From: Corynebacterium glutamicum ATCC 13032
GTDB taxonomy: Bacteria > Actinomycetota > Actinomycetes > Mycobacteriales > Mycobacteriaceae
Length of the DNA stretch: 32,000 nucleotides
Reading direction: 5' to 3'
NCBI RefSeq assembly: GCF_000011325.1
Contig: NC_003450.3
Coordinates: 3,030,001-3,062,000 of the forward strand
The notes below the pieces were generated by a model that ran no database searches, was not told where the DNA came from, and saw only the letters and a program-made list of their open reading frames with translations. Positions 8,173 to 17,190 of the stretch are shown one piece after another. The translations under genes were made by a program, and so were the position numbers. Numbering within the stretch: the first letter of the stretch is position 1; each line of letters starts with the position of its first letter.

Positions 8173-8946
8173 ATGTCTCACAAGTTTTCCCGCCGTGCTT
8201 TCGCAGTACTGACCGCTGCCGCAATTTCCACTTCCGCTTTCGCAACCACTGCTCCGTCTGCGATTGCAGAGCCAGTTTCTAATGTCGCCACTGCAGACGA
8301 TTCCAGCGTCGCAACTTCAGAAAACTCCCTCGACTGGGGCTTCAAGGCTTCCTGGCGCACCTATGTCACCGGACCTTGGACTGGTGGAACCGTTGACGCA
8401 ACTGGCGGTGCAACTGTCAACGAAGATGGAACCTACAACTTCACCCTCGGAACTGGCTCCAATTACGACGTCGACACCGAGAAGGGCCAGCTGAACTACG
8501 AAGGAACTGTTGCCTTCGCCAGTGACGCTCACGGCTTCAACATCACCTTGTCCAACCCGCAGATCACCGTCGAGGGCGACACTGCAACTTTGAGCGCCGA
8601 GCTGTCTGACAATGCCGCTCCCGAAGAGACCTCCACTACTCGCGTTGATGTTGCTGAGTTCGAACTGACCGCTCCTGAGGTTTCAGAAACCGATGCGGAC
8701 ATTACCTACACCTGGACCGATGCTTCCGGCACTTTCTTGGAGACCCTGCAGCCTGAAGAATTGAGCCGTTACGCAGGCCAGGAAGCGGATGCGCTGAGCT
8801 TCTCCATCACCGTGGACAAGGCTTCAGAGAACCCTTCCGATGATGTTGCTACCGGATCTTCCTCCAGCTTCCTCTCCACCATCTTGAACTTCCTTCAGCA
8901 GCTGGCGAGCCCACTGCTCAAGCTCTTCGGTTCGCTTTCTTCCTAA
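8173..8946 (+). CDS. htaD: Secreted HtaA-domain (haem-binding/haem transport-associated) protein
   Basis: A signal peptide is present (MSHKFSRRAFAVLTAAAISTSAFATTAPSAIA). An HtaA/CR-domain signature is present (LDWGFKASWRTYV...GTVAFASDAHGFNITLSNPQI). Length is 257 aa. The position matches cg3156 as I recall. Confidence 0.8.
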   Translation: MSHKFSRRAFAVLTAAAISTSAFATTAPSAIAEPVSNVATADDSSVATSENSLDWGFKASWRTYVTGPWTGGTVDATGGATVNEDGTYNFTLGTGSNYDVDTEKGQLNYEGTVAFASDAHGFNITLSNPQITVEGDTATLSAELSDNAAPEETSTTRVDVAEFELTAPEVSETDADITYTWTDASGTFLETLQPEELSRYAGQEADALSFSITVDKASENPSDDVATGSSSSFLSTILNFLQQLASPLLKLFGSLSS

Positions 8947-8955
8947 ATAATCAGT

Positions 8956-8992
8956 AATGCCCCACCAGATATCTGGTGGGGCATTTTGTTTT
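8956..8992. terminator. Bidirectional terminator between convergent genes
   Basis: aatgccccaccag (8956-8968) pairs with ctggtggggcatt (8973-8985). It is flanked by an A-rich stretch upstream and ttgtttt downstream. Confidence 0.85.
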
Positions 8993-10682
8993 AGGAGCAG
9001 ACCACGTTTGGTGAAGGATCGTAAACCGTGGTGACGGTTTCTCTGGTGATTTCGTTGCCAGAAAGATCGCTGATGATTCGGGTGTCTGAGGTGGTAAATC
9101 CTGGTGCACCGGTTGATGGCACACAATCTGAACCCGATACTCGAACTGTGTTGGGCTGGGTGGTGGACCAACGTCCGTTGTTGATGGATTCCACGGAGGT
9201 GGTGTCCACACCCATGATGCGCACGGTCACGTTTGAGGCGTCGGCAGAGGTGCTGATCATGACGGGGTATGGGGAGTTGTTGCGGAATTGGAGGTCGATG
9301 GCGCCATCGAAAATCGTAGCTTCACGTCCGGCTGGGTAGCGGGAAATGTAGTAGCTGTGCGGGGTGTGCGTGATGTCTTCCAGACCTGCGAAGTAGTACG
9401 CGTTGTACAAGGTGGTGGCGAACTGACTGATGCCACCGCCGACTGCGGTGTCGGAACGACCATTCAAAATGATGCCGGAATCAACAAAGCCTTGGGCTGC
9501 GCCACGTGGGCCGGTGTAGTTGTTGAGGGAGAATGTATCGCCAGGTGAAACGACTGCGCCGTCGACCATTTGCGCGGTGAGGCGGATGTTTGTTCCGGAG
9601 GCAGCAGAGAAGCCGCCGGTGGTGAACTCGCCCATGACCTCATTGAAGGTAGCGTTTTGGGCGTCGGTGGCGGTGAATGTTGCTGGGGTGTCCTCGTAGA
9701 TTGCGTCGATGGTGCGGGGGCCATCGCCGGTGAGGTTGTTGGGCAGATCGGCCAGGGTTTCTTCCCAGTTGATTCCGTGTCCGGTGACTTCTGGGGTGAC
9801 TACGCGGGAGCCTGAGGAGAAACTGATTTGAGCGTTGGTGGGCTCGATCTCTGTTTCTTTGAGACCTTCGGCCAGCATTGCTGTTGCTGCTTCTGCATTG
9901 ATGTCGACGCGGATGGTGCCGTTTTCTTCTGGGAAACTCACCACTTCACCCATGCGCTCGACGGGGATGGTGCCTTCAATTCCGTCATCGCCTCGGACGA
10001 CGAAAGGGCTAGATACTGCTTTAGCTCCGGCGCCTTCTGCAAGTTTATCGATGGTGTCTTGGCTGATCGCAGCGGGAACAACGTATGGCTCGGCTTTTAC
10101 GCCCTCTGGGTTGAGCCAGTTTTCTGTGACTGCTTGTTCCAAAATGGTGCGGTCTACGGCTTGTCCGTCGATGGTGTCGTTGACCACGAGGGTGCCGGCG
10201 TCGATATGCAGGTTTCCGGAAATGGGATCTCGATAGAGTTCGCCGACCATGCGATCAAGGGTCGGGCCGAAGGCTGCGGGATCGACGGTGCTCACGATGG
10301 GAGATTCGGATTCTTTGAACAGCGCCACGAAGCGGGTAATGGGGTTCCAAGACTGCTCGCCGGTGCCTTCGATGGTTGCGTCCCAATCGATGCCGACGCC
10401 GGAGGCAACTGGATCAAAAGTGGTGCTCTGCTCCCCTGCCGTCACGGTGACGGGCTGCACCACATCATTGGCCAGTTCGGTTTCCAACTTTGTGCGGGCT
10501 TCTTGTGCACTGAGGTTGGAAATACTGACGCCACCGACGGTTGTTCCACGAGGGATGTTGTCCTTGTTGAGGAAAACATCGACCGCATAGATGCCTGCAA
10601 AAATGGCAATCAGACCAACGAGAACCCCGATTAGGATCCCTTTGGTCCGATTCTTTGCCGAATTTTTCCCAGAGTTCTTCAC
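8991..10682 (-). CDS. VanW-domain secreted/membrane-anchored protein (YoaR-like)
   Basis: N-terminal TM anchor (GILIGVLVGLIAIFAGIYAV). The C-terminal VanW-type region reads GGGISQFATTLYNAYYFAGLEDITHTPHSYYISRYPAGREATIF. Length is 563 aa. Confidence 0.75.
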   Translation of the reverse strand: MKNSGKNSAKNRTKGILIGVLVGLIAIFAGIYAVDVFLNKDNIPRGTTVGGVSISNLSAQEARTKLETELANDVVQPVTVTAGEQSTTFDPVASGVGIDWDATIEGTGEQSWNPITRFVALFKESESPIVSTVDPAAFGPTLDRMVGELYRDPISGNLHIDAGTLVVNDTIDGQAVDRTILEQAVTENWLNPEGVKAEPYVVPAAISQDTIDKLAEGAGAKAVSSPFVVRGDDGIEGTIPVERMGEVVSFPEENGTIRVDINAEAATAMLAEGLKETEIEPTNAQISFSSGSRVVTPEVTGHGINWEETLADLPNNLTGDGPRTIDAIYEDTPATFTATDAQNATFNEVMGEFTTGGFSAASGTNIRLTAQMVDGAVVSPGDTFSLNNYTGPRGAAQGFVDSGIILNGRSDTAVGGGISQFATTLYNAYYFAGLEDITHTPHSYYISRYPAGREATIFDGAIDLQFRNNSPYPVMISTSADASNVTVRIMGVDTTSVESINNGRWSTTQPNTVRVSGSDCVPSTGAPGFTTSDTRIISDLSGNEITRETVTTVYDPSPNVVCS

Positions 10683-10745
10683 ACCTGAAAGGCTAGTTGC
10701 ACTGATGCGAAATTCCTACTCAGAAGGGGTTACGGACTGGTAACT

Positions 10746-11933
10746 TCACTTTTGTTCGAGACGTGTGATGTAGAGCAATTGGACTCTTAACGCAGATGCC
10801 AGCATTTGTTCTTGAGGGTATTCACCGCTGCTAACGGCAGCATCAACGCGATCAATCGCGGAGCCCAACGACCCATAGTCGATCCATAGTGCTTGGTCTG
10901 CGCCTGCTTTGAGGGAGGCAAGCACTGCTTCTGCGGGTGAATGGGTGGCGGAAATGGCACTCATTCCAGAGAGATCGTCGGTGTAGATCACGCCATCGAA
11001 AGGCACGCCACCTGGGTAATCGCCACTGCGGAGCAGTTGATAGGTGGCGGGGTCGATAGAGGATGGAACTCCGTCGGTGCCAAGACCTGGAACAATCATG
11101 TGGCCCACCATGACGGCTCCGTCAGTTTCAGAAAGTGCTTGACCATAAGGGATGAGGTCGTAAGTTTTAAGCTCATCAAGTGCGGGGGTCACCACATCTT
11201 GGGTGTGCGAATCGCCACTTGCACGACCGTGACCTGGGAAATGTTTGAATACTGGGGTAATTCCTACTTTGCTTAAGCCCTTTGCAAAAGCTGTGGCATA
11301 AGTAGCTGCTACGGCTGGGTCGTTGGAAAAGGAACGATCGCCAACGACGGGGAGACCCCAAGCATCTACATCTACAACAGGTGCAAAGTTAACTGTCACA
11401 CCATGTGCAGCTAAACCAGTGCCTAGGATTTCTGCGAGATCTTCTACTTGTTCCGGCGTCATGGTTTGCGCCATCACGCGCGGTGAGGGGAAATCACCAA
11501 GAATATTGGTGGCACGCTGGACGCGGCCGCCTTCGAAGTCGATGCTGACGGAGAAATCCCTGCCGACGGCTTCGCGGAGCGCCTCAATATTACGGCCAGG
11601 TTCCGTGAGCAGATTTTCATCTGTCCAGGAACCAATAAAGATGCCACCCACCCCCTGATTGAGCGCATCCAATGCCTGATCATAATTCGCAACTCCAACC
11701 ATCATCAGCGACGCGACTTGGTCGCGTTGCTGTTCAGGGATTTGCGCGCGCGCCAAATCCTCCGCGGTCGGTGCGGGAGGGGTGGAGGGGGACGTCGATA
11801 AGCGGCTTATTGCTTTTTGCTGTTCCGGCTCTTCTGCGCAGCCCGCAAGGAGCACACCGGCTACCGCGACGGCTGCTGCGAGGGGTTTCAATCGCTTCCA
11901 CACGGCTCTAACTATAGGAAAAGACGGCAGCAA
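10746..11933 (-). CDS. nagA2: GH3 beta-N-acetylglucosaminidase lipoprotein
   Basis: Lipobox LLAGC after a signal sequence. GH3 signature KHFPGHGRASGDSH. Length is 395 aa. Confidence 0.8.
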   Translation of the reverse strand: MLPSFPIVRAVWKRLKPLAAAVAVAGVLLAGCAEEPEQQKAISRLSTSPSTPPAPTAEDLARAQIPEQQRDQVASLMMVGVANYDQALDALNQGVGGIFIGSWTDENLLTEPGRNIEALREAVGRDFSVSIDFEGGRVQRATNILGDFPSPRVMAQTMTPEQVEDLAEILGTGLAAHGVTVNFAPVVDVDAWGLPVVGDRSFSNDPAVAATYATAFAKGLSKVGITPVFKHFPGHGRASGDSHTQDVVTPALDELKTYDLIPYGQALSETDGAVMVGHMIVPGLGTDGVPSSIDPATYQLLRSGDYPGGVPFDGVIYTDDLSGMSAISATHSPAEAVLASLKAGADQALWIDYGSLGSAIDRVDAAVSSGEYPQEQMLASALRVQLLYITRLEQK

Positions 11934-11994
11934 AGCATTAATCGTCGGTAGGCTGAAGTGAAGTACTTTCCGAAAGATTCACAGGGAGCATGCA

Positions 11995-12441
11995 ATGACG
12001 AACAAAACCATGCTGGTTGCTTTTGATGGCTCACCGGAATCCCGGCGCGCTTTGGAATATGCGGCGAAATTGTTGCAGCCGCGCACCGTGGAAATTTTAA
12101 CTGCGTGGGAGCCATTGCATCGGCAAGCTGCGCGCTCGGTTTCGTTGATCACCTTGGGGGTGGAACCCGAAGACCCCGCCCATTCCGCTGCACTAAAAAC
12201 CTGCCAGGAAGGCGTAGAGCTAGCCCAATCTCTAGGTCTGGAAGCGCGAGCCCACATGGTGGAATCCGCAACGGCCGTGTGGAGCGCCATCGTTGATGCT
12301 GCTGACGAGCTCCGCCCCGACGTGATTGTCACCGGCACCCGCGGGATCTCCGGATGGAAATCCCTGTGGCAATCCTCCACCTCAGACAGCGTGCTCCACC
12401 ACGCCGACGTACCAGTTTTTGTCGTTCCACCCCTGGACTAA
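11995..12441 (+). CDS. Universal stress protein (UspA family)
   Basis: 148 aa. The C-terminal Usp ATP-binding motif GTRGISGWKSLWQSSTSDSVLHHADVPVFVV is present. SD GGGAG lies upstream. Confidence 0.85.
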   Translation: MTNKTMLVAFDGSPESRRALEYAAKLLQPRTVEILTAWEPLHRQAARSVSLITLGVEPEDPAHSAALKTCQEGVELAQSLGLEARAHMVESATAVWSAIVDAADELRPDVIVTGTRGISGWKSLWQSSTSDSVLHHADVPVFVVPPLD

Positions 12442-12503
12442 AACCGAGACGAGAACCAAGAAGATGAAACCAAGGGGTAAAAACTGGTAGTCTCTTCCAC
12501 GTC

Positions 12504-12707
12504 ATGGCATACGAAACTGATTCCCTCAACCGACGCACCCTCGGGCCCGCGATTGCAAGCGCAGTCGTGGGAATCGCCGTCGGCGCAGTCGCAGTAGTTG
12601 GGGTTTCAATGATCTCAGGGCAGGACACTGTTCCCACTGGTAACGCCGTAACTGCAGACGATGCCCTGCTCGGTGGCCCTGAGTATGGTTCACGCGAAGC
12701 AGACTAA
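12504..12707 (+). CDS. Small membrane/secreted protein (DUF2613-like, as found upstream of aftD in mycobacteria)
   Basis: 67 aa with one hydrophobic segment (GPAIASAVVGIAVGAVAVVGVSMI) and a C-terminal GGPEYGSR. It lies directly in front of the aftD-like gene and overlaps it. Confidence 0.5.
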   Translation: MAYETDSLNRRTLGPAIASAVVGIAVGAVAVVGVSMISGQDTVPTGNAVTADDALLGGPEYGSREAD

Positions 12708-15700
12708 GAAGCCACTTCCCCGTTTTCTTCACTCGGCGCATTTCTATGTCTGGATTGTGCTGGGTTTTGTGGTGTTTGCGCAACCTTATGGTCAGGTTGC
12801 TGCCGATACTAAACTAGATTTGCTGCTCAACCCCGCAGGATTTTTAACCGGTGCGCTTCATGCGTGGACTGACACGTTCACCTTGGGTCAGTTGCAAAAC
12901 CAAGCTTATGGCTATCTGTTTCCCCAAGGGTTTTTCTTCCTCATAACTGATTTCCTCCCTGACTGGATTGCGCAGCGACTGTGGTGGTGGCTTGTTCTTG
13001 GCCTGGGATTTTCTGGATTCTACGCACTGGTAGCCCGGCTGGGGATTGGCAATCCTGCATTCAGGGTGATCGCCGCGCTGCTGTTTGCTCTGTCCCCGCG
13101 CACGCTCACCACCCTCACTGCAATCTCCTCCGAAACTTGGCCTATCATGCTCGCGCCATGGGTATGTCTGCCTCTGCTTTCGCGAAATGTGGATGCACGG
13201 GCCATCGCGTTGTCCTTACTTCCCGCGGCATGCATGGGTGCAGTTAATGCCACCGCCACGATGGCAGCACTCATCCCGGCAGCGCTGATCTTGCTGTATA
13301 GAGGGCTCTTCTTAAGGCTGCTTCTGTGGGGAATGGGCGTTCTCGCTGTTAATTCATGGTGGATCGGACCTTTGTTGGTGCTTGGCAAATACGCCCCGCC
13401 CTTCACCGAATTCATCGAAAGTTCCTCCGTCACCACTTCCTGGCTCAACCCAGTAGAAATACTCCGCGGAACCACCAGTTGGACACCCTTCGTAGACACT
13501 GAACGACAAGCCGGATATCTCCTGGTCAACGATGCTCTCTTTGTCACCCTCAGCGTTCTCGTCGCAGCCCTCGGCTTGATCGGCCTCACCTTGATGAAAC
13601 ACCGTGGACTGTGGGCATTCATGCTGGCCATCGGACTCCTCATCCTCGGCAGCGCCCACCTAACGGCTGTTCAAGAATTCCTCGACGGCCCAGGCGCAGC
13701 ACTTCGAAACATCCACAAATTTGATCTATTAGTCCGCATGCCGTTGATGGTGGGCGTTGCCGCATTGGGGTCGCATATCAGTCTGCCCTTGCTTGGGACG
13801 ACTGCATTGACCAGCGGACAAGGCAAACACCACACCATCCCGCTGCCTCTCCAAAAACGCCAAGCCGCAGGACTCCTCGTGGTGATCATCGCTGTCGGTG
13901 CTCTTGCTCCCGCATGGTCGGCACGGCTGCTACCTCAGGGAACGTGGGATGAAGTGCCTGACTACTGGTACGAAGCCACAGAATTCCTCAACCAAAACGC
14001 CACAGGCACCCGCACGTTGATTTGGCCTAGCTCGCCGTTTGCCCGCCAGGACTGGGGATGGACTCGGGATGAACCAGCTCAACCACTTCTTGATGTTCCG
14101 TGGGCTGTCCGCGATGCCATTCCTTTGGTTCCCCCGGAGGCGATTCGCGGATTAGATGGTCTCGACGACCTAGGCACTCTAGGCACCGGTCTAAACGACG
14201 AGGCTTTAAAACGTCTAGGCATCGGCGCAGTACTGGTGAGGCATGATCTGGAAGCCGACCCAGATATTGAGGTGGATCTGCCTGGGGAAAAGCACACTTT
14301 TGGCTCCCAAGGCCAAGTAGACGTCTACCTCACCGACCCCGACCGCAATATGTGGATCACTTCCGGCACATCCAAGCAGCTGCCCACCGTCGCTGGCGGC
14401 GGCGAAATCCTCTCGCTCCTAGACACCATCAACGGCTATTCCCCGAGGACTTTGGTGAGTGAGAATGCCCAGATCGTCACCGATACCCCTCAGCTAGTCG
14501 GCACAAATTACGGCGATGGCACCAGTTCCGCAGCATTGGCCAGCCTTGATGAGACTGAGGTGAAAAACCGCATCGTGGATTATCCTTCCGCGGGGCCAAT
14601 GACGCAGGTGGTGCAGGAAGGTTCCATCACGGCGTCTTCGTCTGGTTCCGATGCCACTTCTTTCGGCGGCGCGGATCCTGATCGTTCCCTTAATTCACTT
14701 CTTGATCATCGTTACAACACCGCCTGGTACCCGACACCTGGCGATACGTCTCCGTGGCTCGAAGTCTCCGGTACCGGCACCACATTATCGATCTCCCCCC
14801 GCAGCACCGTCACCGCCACCATCACCTCCGGCGATTCCGTGATGGTCCGCGAGTTCGAAAAAGGCCGCACCACCACAGTTACGTTGGCGGAGCCTGAAGC
14901 TCGCATTGAATTCGATGGTTTCGTAGGAATTTCCGAGCTGTCCCTAGAGGGTCTCAGCCGCACCATCACTGTGCCGGAGACCTCTCCTGACGTGCAGCAA
15001 TTCGTTTTCCAACGCCTCACAGTGCCCACCTCGTTCCTCGACCGCACTTTCACAGTCCCCCGCCACATGTCCGTCACCGTGGAGGCCCAATCCTGCGTCA
15101 CATTGGAACTCGACGGCGATCGCATCGACTGTGGCCCCCTCGAACTCACCCCCGGAACCCACACGCTGCGCACCCAATCGGAATGGGTCACCCTCACCGA
15201 ATCCGCTCCGCTCGCCGCTGTTCAGCCAGCAACAAACATCGAGGCAGCACCCACCGACCGCGTGCTCGTCACCACGCGCGCTTTCAATTCAGGTACCAGC
15301 GCGCTTATCGACGCCACCCCCCTTTCCCCAATCCAACTCGACGCCTCCTCCCAAGGTTTCATCATCCCCGCGAACGCCTCCGGCGAGTTGAGCTTCGCTT
15401 TCGACGGCGAAAAACCCTACAAACTGTCCCTTTTCGGTGGCGCAACCATCGCATTAATCGTGGTGTTGGGTTGTGTTGTTGTGGGGAGGCGTCGAGAAGC
15501 AATAAACCCCGTGTGGCAGGACACCCGCAACGCGCAATGGGCGGTGGTGGCATTGATCCCGATGTTGGGGTGGTGGTTCGTGCCGGCGGTGGCGTCGTGG
15601 CTAGTTCTGCGATTCACCCTCATCCCGAAATGGGTGCTGGCAGGGCTCCCGTTGGCTATCTGCGGATTGTGGCTCGCCCAAGCTCCCTGGCCGGCTGCCG

Positions 15701-15792
15701 CATACCCAGGAGATTCCCCCGCATTGGCCCTGCTAGCGGGCATTTCCGTGGCTGCGCTATTTGCTGGCGATTTAAGGCCTCCAAAGCGCTAA
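12661..15792 (+). CDS. aftD: GT-C family alpha-arabinofuranosyltransferase (AftD-like, DUF3367). The alternative start at ATG 12685 is more likely.
   Basis: 1043-aa polytopic protein. The N-terminus FAQPYGQVAADTKLDL...LGQLQNQAYGYLFPQG matches the conserved AftD N-terminal motif as I recall it. There is a large soluble middle region and C-terminal TM segments. Confidence 0.8.
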   Translation: MPCSVALSMVHAKQTKKPLPRFLHSAHFYVWIVLGFVVFAQPYGQVAADTKLDLLLNPAGFLTGALHAWTDTFTLGQLQNQAYGYLFPQGFFFLITDFLPDWIAQRLWWWLVLGLGFSGFYALVARLGIGNPAFRVIAALLFALSPRTLTTLTAISSETWPIMLAPWVCLPLLSRNVDARAIALSLLPAACMGAVNATATMAALIPAALILLYRGLFLRLLLWGMGVLAVNSWWIGPLLVLGKYAPPFTEFIESSSVTTSWLNPVEILRGTTSWTPFVDTERQAGYLLVNDALFVTLSVLVAALGLIGLTLMKHRGLWAFMLAIGLLILGSAHLTAVQEFLDGPGAALRNIHKFDLLVRMPLMVGVAALGSHISLPLLGTTALTSGQGKHHTIPLPLQKRQAAGLLVVIIAVGALAPAWSARLLPQGTWDEVPDYWYEATEFLNQNATGTRTLIWPSSPFARQDWGWTRDEPAQPLLDVPWAVRDAIPLVPPEAIRGLDGLDDLGTLGTGLNDEALKRLGIGAVLVRHDLEADPDIEVDLPGEKHTFGSQGQVDVYLTDPDRNMWITSGTSKQLPTVAGGGEILSLLDTINGYSPRTLVSENAQIVTDTPQLVGTNYGDGTSSAALASLDETEVKNRIVDYPSAGPMTQVVQEGSITASSSGSDATSFGGADPDRSLNSLLDHRYNTAWYPTPGDTSPWLEVSGTGTTLSISPRSTVTATITSGDSVMVREFEKGRTTTVTLAEPEARIEFDGFVGISELSLEGLSRTITVPETSPDVQQFVFQRLTVPTSFLDRTFTVPRHMSVTVEAQSCVTLELDGDRIDCGPLELTPGTHTLRTQSEWVTLTESAPLAAVQPATNIEAAPTDRVLVTTRAFNSGTSALIDATPLSPIQLDASSQGFIIPANASGELSFAFDGEKPYKLSLFGGATIALIVVLGCVVVGRRREAINPVWQDTRNAQWAVVALIPMLGWWFVPAVASWLVLRFTLIPKWVLAGLPLAICGLWLAQAPWPAAAYPGDSPALALLAGISVAALFAGDLRPPKR

Positions 15793-15860
15793 ATGGGTGT
15801 CAGTTCATTCTGACGATTCTAGGCCCTTGGAGGCGATTGTAGAGAGGGTAGAATTTGTGA

Positions 15861-15988
15861 CCATTGGGGCTCCTGTGATTCCTGTCAGCTTGTTGATCAA
15901 GGATCCACCACAATCCTGTGGCCAGACCTTCAAATCGAACGGATTTTTGCATAAAACCGCCGGCGAGTTGCAAAAATCCACCACAAAC
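15861..15988 (-). repeat. Copy B of a patchy non-coding repeat, in inverted orientation relative to the copy split by the IS
   Basis: Four collinear blocks are shared with 2096-2185 and 3965-3985. The blocks are 15976-15988 (rc gtttgtggtggat), 15939-15951 (rc tgcaaaaatccgt), 15897-15913 (rc ttgtggtggatccttga, a 17/17 match) and 15861-15881 (rc gaatcacaggagccccaatgg, a 19/21 match). Confidence 0.6.
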
Positions 15989-16119
15989 GGCTGAAAATCC
16001 GGATCCTGTGGTGAGTATTAGCAAATTAGTTCCCTTACCGGCTTGCCATGCCCCGTCCCCGTCTTGACGTGGTGCCAATTCATCATTTTCCAGACCTACC
16101 CCCAGAAAAATGGTGAATC

Positions 16120-17190
16120 CTAACGACCCCCAGCCTGAATGGCGCGCCGGGTCCACCGCATGATGGGCTCTTCGATGAAGGTGTAGCTGATGGCGGCAAC
16201 TGGGATCGTCAACAAGACCGTCACGATGAACACCAACAGGAAATTTCCACTAAATAAAGGCAACCCGAGCAGTGGGAACACAATCGTCAGCACGGGAAGG
16301 TGCCAGAGGAAGATGGAATACGACCAGGTGCCGAGCGTTTTCATCCAACTGGAATCAAGAAGCCGAGAGGGCGTACCCAGCGCGTAGGGAACCACCAGAA
16401 ATACAGCGAAAAGTGTGCCCGCGAGGACTCTTAAGTTGAATTCCCAGGGGCTGGGGTGCACTAAACCTAGTGGTCCGAACCATTCTTGGCCCGCGATCCA
16501 AGCGACCACTAAAGCTAAACCCACCCACACAAAGCTCGGAACCCGTGGGAATCGAACTCCTTCAATTTCTGCGGCGATCATGCCGACTGCAAACCAGCAA
16601 GCGTAAGCGGGTGGCCAGATCTGCATGTTCGCCCACCCCTCGTCCAACGCATGCTCCACAAGGGGAATCCACGGCCACGCCAGACTCAACACTGCCCCAC
16701 CAACAATCAACAGGATGCGCACCGGCCGACCAAACCTATCCAACACCCACGCGAGAAGCGGCATCACCAGGTAAAACGCCACTTCCACGCACAGGGACCA
16801 AAGGTGGGTGAGGCCTGTCATGAGGCCGTCTGGCCAGTAGATTTGGGTCATCGTCAGGTTGGCTAACCAGGGGCCGGTGGGAATAAACAGCAGGACTGCA
16901 ATGACCGTTGCCCAGTATGCGGGCATGATGCGGGCTAGGCGTTTGAGGTAGTACAGTCCCACTGGTTGCCCGGCGCGGCGTCGCCAAAGAACGAAGGCGG
17001 AGAGGGCGAAGAAGACGGCGACGAAAAAGTCGAAACGCGCGAGTACTGCACCGATGTTGCTGGCGGGGTCGACGGAGGTTTGGAATGCAACGTGGGTCGC
17101 CAAGACTCCCAGGGAGGCGATTGCGCGTAGTCCCTCGAGTGAGCTGATGAATCCGCGATGGCGGATGGGTGCATATGATTGGGTAGACAT
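16120..17190 (-). CDS. tmaT: Membrane acyltransferase (acyltransferase_3 family), TmaT-like trehalose-mycolate acetyltransferase
   Basis: Polytopic protein with the acyltransferase-3 N-terminal motif LEGLRAIASLGVLATHVAF. The likely start is ATG 17190 (MSTQSYAPIRHRGF). The ORF is open up to 17295, but that part overlaps the divergent gene. Position corresponds to NCgl2759/Rv0228 as I recall. Confidence 0.75.
   Translation of the reverse strand: MSTQSYAPIRHRGFISSLEGLRAIASLGVLATHVAFQTSVDPASNIGAVLARFDFFVAVFFALSAFVLWRRRAGQPVGLYYLKRLARIMPAYWATVIAVLLFIPTGPWLANLTMTQIYWPDGLMTGLTHLWSLCVEVAFYLVMPLLAWVLDRFGRPVRILLIVGGAVLSLAWPWIPLVEHALDEGWANMQIWPPAYACWFAVGMIAAEIEGVRFPRVPSFVWVGLALVVAWIAGQEWFGPLGLVHPSPWEFNLRVLAGTLFAVFLVVPYALGTPSRLLDSSWMKTLGTWSYSIFLWHLPVLTIVFPLLGLPLFSGNFLLVFIVTVLLTIPVAAISYTFIEEPIMRWTRRAIQAGGR

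Noticed and set aside
9828-10634. A 268-aa ORF antisense to the VanW-domain gene. Similar cases lie at 6020..6766 (antisense udg), 4263..4985 (antisense YibE/F), 17195..17905, 13020..13643 and 5356..5889.
   Set aside because: All lie inside well-supported genes on the other strand. They have low-complexity or biased composition and no translation signals. They are shadow ORFs.
15800-16156. A 118-aa minus-strand ORF (and the 65-aa plus-strand ORF 15797..15994) in the aftD/tmaT spacer, possibly what older annotations call a hypothetical gene
   Set aside because: It overlaps the 3' end of the acyltransferase gene, has no SD and is Gly/Trp-rich. The sequence blocks it shares with the 2018..2209 ORF fall in different reading frames. 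The conservation is therefore nucleotide-level, and I treat it as a repeat element instead.
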